This document shows, one piece after another, positions 57,201 through 64,000 of a stretch of 64,000 nucleotides of DNA. The notes below the pieces were generated by a model. The model was given only the letters and a program-made list of their open reading frames with translations. It did no database searches and had not been told where the DNA came from. The first letter of the stretch is position 1. Each line of letters begins with the position of its first letter. Source of the DNA: a virus. Where the stretch lies: positions 32,001-96,000 of IMG/VR virus record IMGVR_UViG_3300037470_000856; one strand, given 5' to 3'. Position numbers and translations under genes: made by a program.

Positions 57201-57293
57201 GCGGCCCCTGGCACGCTGCACGAAGTTCCCCCAGTAGTCGATCGACCACGAGGGCTGTGTCACGTCCGCGCGGGCGTACTTGAGGAAGGCCAT
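54246..57293 (-). CDS. Putative prohead protease containing an intein
   Basis: NNNHDAW, FVEH, GRIIDA, SMGC...CTKCGN and ASWV..PAF motifs; position upstream of scaffold and capsid genes. Confidence 0.7.
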   Translation of the reverse strand: MAFLKYARADVTQPSWSIDYWGNFVQRARGRVRTASSSPNLVAQASEILQDQFSPEKYLLTHATIVASVDTSEVSNVKLGNVSEMGRRVNRRWANYHILPKCDIYINNNHDAWDRPVLLKSYRTFVGAHNFVEHVQIEDQSKGRIIDAAARDIGDSVYVDILIATSRRHASLIRDIESGRMGTMSMGCSVTETICTKCGNVAADETEMCFPPGTRVLLADGRYVPIEEIVEGDAVVTHTGLTGAVTETMRRPYEGHLISLDVDGVPVGLRSTPNHPYWTLRPAQICACGCGAPLRRTVEHERGSVKAFRRRFLPGHNTRLQNPNPYAVNVVEMGDYKRLFDVDLEFVAARDLRAGDYLAFPIPQETENTDDATVNRARLIGYFLAEGSFIKRDSERVGVSFTFGHHEHDTLAAEVEKLLNEEFGRDERRVSSENWRTLVARDSVTPVHRRSTSRSVSSDVMCPGCRAPSEYAYNVRFKKGADDCYQCKVCNRQWVGSADRSVRVHRNRNSGSTEDSGSVDVRFMDAQVAEFFFRYCGEYSHEKRLDPSILRWSPEVQKHVLFGWLGGDATQADVGIVGSTTSLNLLNQMHILAARCGLYSYKKVTFGGRSATLDQVVNGDGSVTVRDHRGWLPSFGLVVSDPQGFGDEVRFSDRETARVTMSAVTDGFKRVGNWLIYRVRGVSCEPYSGPVHNFGVEGDHSYVVEGLAVHNCEHVKYGKGQYEYDQLGNKFRVAELCGHETLDPTGGVTFIEASWVDVPAFQGAVMRNILQPDSINLDTRSQMQRLLSEPPRQWTASEDEMAKAARDMTVSFEGSKTAAELAEERRQARLAHARLAQLTAPPGDDAGDDAGGGMPGMPGDPGGGEDADPMKDLEDAVEKYVLDKIKKKLRDKMQGDEGDKDEPSPAELETSTNENINHQAAMAKLAAGTEALLCIARSDVELIDGIARLKQTHDFQVSRDLYRTALRVGSTDGHPSLDKYLARCAEVLGRKPQTGEAKTLVRLGRILSLRKQTRF
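55161..56669 (-). mobile_element. Intein (503 aa) with LAGLIDADG homing endonuclease
   Basis: Starts CFPPGTRV (Cys209); block B TPNHPY; LIGYFLAEG and GWLGGD; ends HNFGVEGDHSYVVEGLAVHN followed by Cys. Confidence 0.92.
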
Positions 57294-57294
57294 C

Positions 57295-57945
57295 TCAGCA
57301 GGCTCCTTCCGCGGGCGCGCAGTGGTCGTCGAGGATGTCCGAGGCCCGGATCATGAACAGGCACCGCGGACACGCGTGGAGTTTGACCATCTGGCCGTCC
57401 TCCATCTTGTAGGAGGCGCGACGCAGGGTGCCGCCGCACGCCTTGGCGGGGCAGCCGTAGCTCCCGCTCGCGTGCTCGTTCCGGCTCACGCGGTACTTTC
57501 GGTCGCGCGCGTGCCAGTAGAGCGACTTCTTCACGAAGGCCTGAGCGACGCGCTGCGTCATCACGCTGCGGCTGGCGGCCTGCTTGCCCCCGACGCCGTC
57601 GGGGCCGACCTCGTGGACGAGCTCGACCTGGGGGACCTTGCGCTCGATCGTGTTCGTCGCGGGAGCGCCCACGGCCACGTCGCCGGAGATCCCCGCGCCG
57701 CCGGGCACGTCCTCGTGCATCGGGGAGATGAAGGGGTTGTCGCCCGGGTTGACAATCTGGAGGGACTCGACGGGGATGCGGTACGATGTGTGCGGGAACT
57801 GGACGTCGCACATGCCGATCCCGGGCCACGTCGCGACGACGCGCCCGATGTCGGTCGCCCCGCCGTTCACGAGCCGGACGGAGTGCCCGACCTCGAACTC
57901 CTGGCCTCGGGCCTGCCAGTTCCCCTCGTCTGCGCGTCGTTCCAT
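57295..57945 (-). CDS. Hypothetical head-region protein with C-terminal zinc ribbon
   Basis: Start MERRADEG; CPAKAC...CPRC. Confidence 0.6.
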   Translation of the reverse strand: MERRADEGNWQARGQEFEVGHSVRLVNGGATDIGRVVATWPGIGMCDVQFPHTSYRIPVESLQIVNPGDNPFISPMHEDVPGGAGISGDVAVGAPATNTIERKVPQVELVHEVGPDGVGGKQAASRSVMTQRVAQAFVKKSLYWHARDRKYRVSRNEHASGSYGCPAKACGGTLRRASYKMEDGQMVKLHACPRCLFMIRASDILDDHCAPAEGAC

Positions 57946-57950
57946 AGTCC

Positions 57951-58898
57951 CTACGCGGTCAGGCTGTAGCCGTGATCCGCGGCCTCCTTCCCCTTGTCGT
58001 CGGTGCGGTGGCCCGGGACCCACCCCTCGTCCTCGTCGCCCTCCTCCTTCGGTCCCTTGGACTCGTTGCCGGGGACCCGCGACTCCGCCGTGAGGACGTA
58101 GCCGTGCTCGGGGACCGGGACCGACGCCTTCTTGTCGTCCTTCTTGTCGTCCTTCTTGTCGTCCTTCTTGTCGTCCTTCTTGTCGTCCTTCTTGTCGTCC
58201 TTCTTGTCGTCCTTCTTCGCCTTGGCCTCGTCCTTCTTCTTCTGCGCGTTCTCGAGGAACTCGGGCGGCAGGCCGGCGGTGAGGCTGTAGCCGTGCGCGC
58301 TGGCCTCGACGTCGACCTCCTCGACGTCGCCGGGCTCCACGACCTCGACCCCGGACTCCTCAACCTCGGGGGCCGTGGCCTGGGCCGGCTCGTGCTCCTT
58401 CATGCCCTCGCGGATGGCCTTCTCGGCCGCGTCGCAGATCTTCTCGACCGCCTTGGCGCTGGCCTTCGCGGAGATGTCTCCCTCCTTGCCGGCCCTCGAC
58501 TCGCGCATGTCCTTGACGGCCCCCGCGATCCTGCGGAGCGCCTCGATCGCCTCGCTGACGAGGGTCTCGACGTGGTGCTCAAGGGCGCGGCCCATGCAAG
58601 CCCCGACCTCGTTGAGATAGGAGACCCGGTGCGGTCGCTTGAGTGACTCCCGGATCTTCTCCGTCTGCGCGTGCAGGAACCCGTCGAACTCGAGAAGATG
58701 TTCCTTGGCCCCCCCGACGTACTGGACGTGCTCTCGCGCGGAGTCACAAGCATCCTTGAGCCTACCTGCCGCGACCGCCTGGTCCTTGCCGGCGTCCTTG
58801 GCCATCACCTCGGCGACACGGCAAGACCGGGTGAGTTCGTTCTCAAGATCACCCAGCTTGTCGATGTACGCTCGGGTCTGGTGTAGGGAGAGTGCCAT
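57951..58898 (-). CDS. Head-region protein with KKDD repeats and HGY(S/V)LTA x3
   Basis: 315 aa ORF. Confidence 0.65.
   Translation of the reverse strand: MALSLHQTRAYIDKLGDLENELTRSCRVAEVMAKDAGKDQAVAAGRLKDACDSAREHVQYVGGAKEHLLEFDGFLHAQTEKIRESLKRPHRVSYLNEVGACMGRALEHHVETLVSEAIEALRRIAGAVKDMRESRAGKEGDISAKASAKAVEKICDAAEKAIREGMKEHEPAQATAPEVEESGVEVVEPGDVEEVDVEASAHGYSLTAGLPPEFLENAQKKKDEAKAKKDDKKDDKKDDKKDDKKDDKKDDKKDDKKASVPVPEHGYVLTAESRVPGNESKGPKEEGDEDEGWVPGHRTDDKGKEAADHGYSLTA
58128..58217. repeat. 12-bp tandem repeat x7.5
   Basis: cttcttgtcgtc units encoding (KKDD)n. Confidence 0.95.
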
Positions 58899-58919
58899 TC
58901 GTGCTTCCCAGGGGGGCTA

Positions 58920-59435
58920 CTAGCCGGCGGCGACCGGGACCTTGACGTCGTTGGTGCTCAGGAGTTTGGCCATCTTGGCGATGAGCGCCGAGGCGGCCTT
59001 GGCGTTCGAGAACATGCCGTCCTGCTGGACCTGGCGAAGCTGGTCGAACTCGTCCTGCTTGAAGACGTCCATGTAGGGCTCGTCCTGGTTGCGCAGGAGG
59101 GCGCCGGACTGCTCCTCCCCGATCTCCGCGGGGTTGAACTCGTTCGGCTTCACGTCCTCCATCGTGTAATTCTTCTTCGGGTCCATCTGGGCCCGCTTCG
59201 ACAGGGCGGAGGCGTACCTGGCCAGCTCGGGGTCCTTGAGGGTGCCGTCTTCGGTGCGCTCGACGCCGGCACGCTTCTCGACGTGGTCGGAGAGGATGTC
59301 GCAGCGGAGGGCGAAGTCCTTGGCGATCTTCGCGGAGAGCCTCAAGGTCTCGGTCTCGGACATGAAGAGGGTGGCGAGGCGATCGAGGTCGGCGGTGACC
59401 TGCAGGGCGCCCTGTTTCGTGAGCTGATTCGGCAT
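58920..59435 (-). CDS. Hypothetical head-region protein
   Basis: 171 aa; AGGAGA RBS; preceded by a late-promoter-like motif. Confidence 0.65.
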   Translation of the reverse strand: MPNQLTKQGALQVTADLDRLATLFMSETETLRLSAKIAKDFALRCDILSDHVEKRAGVERTEDGTLKDPELARYASALSKRAQMDPKKNYTMEDVKPNEFNPAEIGEEQSGALLRNQDEPYMDVFKQDEFDQLRQVQQDGMFSNAKAASALIAKMAKLLSTNDVKVPVAAG

Positions 59436-59781
59436 TGAACTTCTCCTGGCGTGTCAGCGAAGAGGTTTGGTTGCTGACGAAAGCGGGCGCGCATAGGACC
59501 CTCAAGATGGAGGGGCAGCCCTTCGTCCTATTTGGGCCGCGCTATAAGGCGAAAAACGGCGACTTCTGCACTTTTTCTGGGAGGCAAACCTCCCCCGAAC
59601 GCGCCCGTCCGACCTCGACCGGAGTTTCTCGGGAGGATCTGACGACTCTCAGGTGCCCAAGGAGGACAAACCGTTCCAGTCAAGGGATCTCTGCATACTC
59701 GGAACCCTTCTAAGGAGCATTCAGGCCCCTAGAACCCACGTGGCCGGAGACCGCGTGAGGTTCTAGGGATGTTTTCGACCT

Positions 59782-62700
59782 TCAGGCCACGTCGAGCACG
59801 ACGACGGGGCGAAGCGGGTCGTCCGGGTGGAACGACCGGACGTGCGCGAGCCAATCGCCAGCCATACGTCCGTGGCGACCGCGCTCAAGCCACACCTGGG
59901 CAACGCGCTCAACCGCGAAGCGGGTCGGGCCGCGCTCCTCGAAGTCGCCGAACTCGGCGGAGAATTCCTCGCCGGGAGCCTCGCCCCCGCGCGCCGGCTT
60001 CTTCTCGTCCTCGTCGCCACCCTTGTCGGCGTAGCGCTCGGCCTCGTCGCGCTTCTTGAAACTCTTGGGGACGCCGTCCTCGTTCTTGGCGCGCCAGTTC
60101 CCCTGCTCGGTCCCCCAGACGTCGCCGGGGCCGTGCTCCTCGTCGTCCTTGACCTCCTCAGAGTCCGCACTCTCGGGAGTTTCACGATCGGAGGTCTCTG
60201 CCTTCTCATGCTCCTCCCTGGAGCGTGGCTCCTTGGCCTTCTCGTCGGGGTGCGGCAGCGTCTCCTGCTCGAGCACCTCACGCTCGCCGGTCTGCACGAA
60301 GTGGTTGAGCACCGCGGAGGCAGGCGAAATCACCACCTTGTCGAACTTGTCGCGGATCGTGTTGAGGATGGCCTTCGCCTTCTCGCGCAGTCCGGTTCCC
60401 TTCTTGGGATCGAACGTGCCCTCGACCATCTCGAGGTCCTCAGCCGAGGGCTGCTCGCCGTTCCTCTGCGCCTCCGCGATCCGCTCCTGCGCCTCGAGCA
60501 CCTTCTCCATGCGGGGCTTCATCCGGGAGGTCGCCTCGCCGAGCACCTCGGCGCGCGCCTCGGGGTCGTCGGCGTCGGCGATGCCGGCCGCCTGCATGGT
60601 GTCGCGCACGGCCCGGTCTCCCCACTGGTCGTTGAGGATGTCTTGGACCAGGAAGTCCTTCATCATCGCTCGCAGGACGTCGGGCGTGCCGTCGTTCTTC
60701 ATGAGGTCGACGAGGTCCGCGTAGCCATGCTCCTCGTCGCCGCCCGTGGTGAGATCGCCGAGCTGCTCAAAATTCATGTCGTCGAGCCCCTCCTGCATCT
60801 TGCGGCGCGCCTGCTCGGCGAAGTAGTCCTCGGTCGTCCTGAACAGCTCGGACCCCTTCCCGTCCACGACCATCTGCTTGACCAGCGCGGCCATGCCCTT
60901 GCTCGGCTGCGGACGACCTGGGAGCGACTCGCCAGTCACGGCGACCTGCGCGATGTTCATGCCGGTCAAAATCGCGTTGAGCTCCTGCGCCCGGTTGGTC
61001 TCGGGATCGAGACCCTTGAGGGCCCGCGCGACCTGATCGGCCGCGCGCCTGCGCAGGGACGACGGGAGGCGCTCGAACTGCTTGAACGCCGCCTGCGCCC
61101 GCTCCGAGTACTTCTCGGAGTCCATCTCGGTGACGCCGACCGGCGTCCCTCCGATGTTCATCGGGTTGCCCACGATGCGCTCGGCGTAGCTGAGTTGTGC
61201 GAGGCGCTCCGCGAGCTCTTTCGGGTCGGTGAGGCCGTGCAGATCTCCGAACTTGGCGGCTCTCGACGCGACGTCGACGGCCTCCTCGGAGCTTGGGTCC
61301 ATCTGCTTGAGATTCTTGAGCGTGTCCTGGAAATCGATCGAGAAGCTCTCGACCTGCGCCTCGTCGAGGTCGTTGAGGGCGCCGCCGATCTGCGTGGCGA
61401 GGTCGGGGGGAAGCCGCGTTTCCTTGCCGAGCATCTCCTCCATGTTGGTCTGCGCGCGCTCGACGGCGCGCTCGACCTTCTTGGCCCGCTCCTGGCGCAG
61501 CTTCTCCTCGCGCTTCTCCTTGGCGAAGCCCGGGTCCTTGCGCTCGCGCCTGAGCTCGTCGACGCGCGCCTTGGCGTCCGCGTGCTCCTCCTTCTTGTCG
61601 TCGAGCTCGTCCTGCTTGCGCCCCATCTCGCGCTGCATCTTCTGCATCGAGTCGAGTAGCTGCTGCCTGCCGGGGCCCTCTCCCATGTGAGGCAGGTACT
61701 CGTCGCGCTGCTGATTGATCTTGGACTTGAGGTCCTTGATCTCGTCGGTGAGGTCCCCCATCTGGGCCTCGATGTCGCGCATCTCGTCGCGCGCCTGCTC
61801 GAGCTCGACGTGCACGTCCTCGGTGGTGCGCTCCTTGTCCTCCTCGGTCTTCTTCCCCTTGTCGGTGCCCTCCTCCTCGGGCTGCTGCTGGCCCCGCCAC
61901 TTCTCGCGGATCTTGGTCTGCTCGTCAGGGGGCAGCGAGGTGAAGCCGACGTCGTTCCCGGTCTCGGGGTGCTTGAACTTCTGGTTCTTGACCCACTCCT
62001 CGAAACTCAGGCCGCTCTTGGGCTGCACCGGGGCCTCGGCCATGACGTGGCGCAGGGCCACGCGACGCGCGACCTTGTTCCACTTCATGGACAGGTCGGG
62101 GTCTCCCTTGTCGCCGCCGCCCATGCCGTCGAGGTCAGGGTCTTCCTCGTCCAGAGTCCGGTTGTCGCGGAGGTCGTAGCGCGGAGGCTTCTTCTTGGGC
62201 TCCGTGCGGAGCATCTTCTCGACGGCCTCATCCTCCTTCTCCGCGGGCGACTTCGTGGCCGTCTTCGCCTGCGGAGTCCTGATCATCGCGTCCTGAAAGC
62301 GGAAGTCCTTGTTGCGCCCCTTGTTGGGCCCCTTGTTGGGCACGAAGCCCATGCCGCGGTACCACTTCTCGAGGTGCTTCTTCGACGAGCCGAACTCGGA
62401 GGTCGGGGTGAACGTCACGGTCACGCCGTTGCTGTCAACCCAGTCGAGCGTCTCCTCCATTGCTCTCGAGGCGCTGCCCGACCCGCGCCTGTCCTCGTTC
62501 ACCCGGATCAGGTCCACGGACATGTGGCGGTGCTGCGGACGGTAGGCGGCGTGGGAATCTGTGAGGCTGTGCCTCTCGATCATAGACTTGCGCAGAGCGT
62601 CCCACTCCTCGCGGCTCGGGGGCTCGCGCTCGGGCGCGTCCTCGTCGTCGACGCCCATGACCCTGGCCTCCCACTCTTCGCGGGACAGAGCGGGACCTCC

Positions 62701-63999
62701 CTCTCGGCGCTTGCGCTGCACGTAGGCGTCGTAGGTCGGAGCGGCGAGCCTCGCGTTCGGGCGCGGCCGGTACTGCTCCTCGGGCGAATTGTCGACGTGC
62801 CGGCACATGTCGCAGCGTGTCCCGCACCGCCAGTACTCCTCGGAGTCAAAGGGGTAGCCGTCGTCGAGACCGTAGTGGTCGAGCAGCACGTTGAGGCAGC
62901 GCTCGCAGCTCTTCGCGGCGACCATGATGGCGTCGCCGACGTCCCACTGTCCGCTGCGCACCATGGTGTTGACGAGGTCGGTCGGGTACGACGACTCGCC
63001 CGCGCCTACGTCGGTGCTCGTGCCATCCTCGTTCAGACGTAGGATGCTGTGGTGCAAGACGTGGGGGAACTGGCTGTGCATGTACTCGGCGCCCTCGGGG
63101 GGCTGCCACGTCTCGTACTCGCCGAGGTCGCCGCCGCCGAGGCGGTTGCCATGGGCGTCCTCGTACCAGAGGATCGTGAAAATCTGGGGGTCGAACTCAA
63201 GCCCCTCGACGTGAGGGCGCGGACGCTCGTGCTCTCGGGCGATCCGGTAGACGGCCGGCGCGTTGCGGAGCCACCACCGACGGTCTCGGGACACGAGGAC
63301 CGGGGCAACCCCGGCGTGCGCCAAAATGAGGCGCTCGGTGTCGGTGCCGAGGAGCGCCGCCGTGCGCATGATTTTGGGGTCCGACGCCTTCCTCGTGTGG
63401 CTCTCGTTGACGGTGCCGTCCTTCATGTAGCCGTCCTCCAAACCCGGCACGAGGTACTGGCTGCGAAGGGTCGAAGGATCGTGCCCCACGGCCTCCGCCG
63501 TCGCTTCGAGGGCCTTCTTGAACTCGTCCTTGAGTTTCTTCTCGCGCTCCTTTCTGTCCTCGGGGAGTTTGCCCTTACGGACCTTGCGGAGTTGCGCCTT
63601 CATCTCGCGGTTGGCGTGGAACCCACGGAGGTCCTTCGCGGTGATGTCAAGCGGCTCGAGGTACTCGTTGACCTCCTGCGCCGAGACGCTCAGGACGCAG
63701 TCGTTGGGCTTCTTGCCCTTGCACGCCTCCTTGAGCGCCGAGACAACTCGCGGGTTACTGATCTTCTTCTTCTGCTCGACGCCCGACTTGCCGACGTAGG
63801 AGACCGTGACGGAGCCCCGGCCGAGGGTGATGTGCTTGACGCGCCAGGTTGTGACGCCGAAATGGCCCTCCTTGGCGCTGTCGTCGTTCCCGACGCGCTC
63901 AAACGTCTCGTCCATGAGGCCCACGGCCAACGCGAGATCGCGGGTCTTTTCGTCCTTCGACTTCACGTCCTTGCGGACCTTGGTCTGGAGTTTCTTCAT
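59782..63999 (-). CDS. Large modular protein: DNA topoisomerase IB catalytic domain + GNAT-like domain + coiled coil (5' end outside window)
   Basis: TopIB residues in ERVGN, YVGK, AKDLRGFHAN and VGH...RSQYL (~63400-63999); GNAT-like RRGSGSAS...LEKWYRGMGF (~62280-62530). Confidence 0.8.
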   Translation of the reverse strand: MKKLQTKVRKDVKSKDEKTRDLALAVGLMDETFERVGNDDSAKEGHFGVTTWRVKHITLGRGSVTVSYVGKSGVEQKKKISNPRVVSALKEACKGKKPNDCVLSVSAQEVNEYLEPLDITAKDLRGFHANREMKAQLRKVRKGKLPEDRKEREKKLKDEFKKALEATAEAVGHDPSTLRSQYLVPGLEDGYMKDGTVNESHTRKASDPKIMRTAALLGTDTERLILAHAGVAPVLVSRDRRWWLRNAPAVYRIAREHERPRPHVEGLEFDPQIFTILWYEDAHGNRLGGGDLGEYETWQPPEGAEYMHSQFPHVLHHSILRLNEDGTSTDVGAGESSYPTDLVNTMVRSGQWDVGDAIMVAAKSCERCLNVLLDHYGLDDGYPFDSEEYWRCGTRCDMCRHVDNSPEEQYRPRPNARLAAPTYDAYVQRKRREGGPALSREEWEARVMGVDDEDAPEREPPSREEWDALRKSMIERHSLTDSHAAYRPQHRHMSVDLIRVNEDRRGSGSASRAMEETLDWVDSNGVTVTFTPTSEFGSSKKHLEKWYRGMGFVPNKGPNKGRNKDFRFQDAMIRTPQAKTATKSPAEKEDEAVEKMLRTEPKKKPPRYDLRDNRTLDEEDPDLDGMGGGDKGDPDLSMKWNKVARRVALRHVMAEAPVQPKSGLSFEEWVKNQKFKHPETGNDVGFTSLPPDEQTKIREKWRGQQQPEEEGTDKGKKTEEDKERTTEDVHVELEQARDEMRDIEAQMGDLTDEIKDLKSKINQQRDEYLPHMGEGPGRQQLLDSMQKMQREMGRKQDELDDKKEEHADAKARVDELRRERKDPGFAKEKREEKLRQERAKKVERAVERAQTNMEEMLGKETRLPPDLATQIGGALNDLDEAQVESFSIDFQDTLKNLKQMDPSSEEAVDVASRAAKFGDLHGLTDPKELAERLAQLSYAERIVGNPMNIGGTPVGVTEMDSEKYSERAQAAFKQFERLPSSLRRRAADQVARALKGLDPETNRAQELNAILTGMNIAQVAVTGESLPGRPQPSKGMAALVKQMVVDGKGSELFRTTEDYFAEQARRKMQEGLDDMNFEQLGDLTTGGDEEHGYADLVDLMKNDGTPDVLRAMMKDFLVQDILNDQWGDRAVRDTMQAAGIADADDPEARAEVLGEATSRMKPRMEKVLEAQERIAEAQRNGEQPSAEDLEMVEGTFDPKKGTGLREKAKAILNTIRDKFDKVVISPASAVLNHFVQTGEREVLEQETLPHPDEKAKEPRSREEHEKAETSDRETPESADSEEVKDDEEHGPGDVWGTEQGNWRAKNEDGVPKSFKKRDEAERYADKGGDEDEKKPARGGEAPGEEFSAEFGDFEERGPTRFAVERVAQVWLERGRHGRMAGDWLAHVRSFHPDDPLRPVVVLDVA

Positions 64000-64000
64000 C

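Noticed and set aside
58128-58217. Tandem repeats as a possible CRISPR array (also 1776-1850)
   Set aside because: No spacers; in-frame coding repeats; no cas genes.
1-64000. tRNA or rRNA genes; alternative genetic code
   Set aside because: No cloverleaf or rRNA-like segment noticed in the short intergenic gaps (tRNAscan-SE not run); genes tile densely under the standard code.

Overview
The window is 64 kb of a high-GC, contractile-tailed large (probably jumbo) bacteriophage genome, almost all encoded on the minus strand. It covers the morphogenesis region. In transcription order: a topoisomerase IB multidomain protein, head genes (intein-containing putative prohead protease, scaffold, decoration protein, HK97-type major capsid), an accessory host-interference block (GyrB-like fragment, RNase HII, DUF488, Acb2/Tad1-like protein, ClpS), large modular enzyme proteins (RelA/SpoT-like; ADP-ribosyltransferase plus kinase; ParB/SWIM), neck/adaptor genes, an actin-like ATPase, a PAPS-reductase-family protein, a 2480-aa tail sheath, speD and the tail tube. 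The strongest leads are four. (1) A family of large 'cargo' proteins combines different enzyme domains with shared short modules and K/R-x-A motifs, suggesting a capsid-packaged, protease-processed effector system. (2) The sheath contains a 7+7 nested ('matryoshka') domain insertion. (3) Two nuclease-methyltransferase fusion genes with related MTases but different nucleases sit directly downstream of the sheath and capsid genes. (4) Perfect hairpins cover the translation starts of two nuclease genes. All family assignments come from motif recognition by eye; no database search was run.
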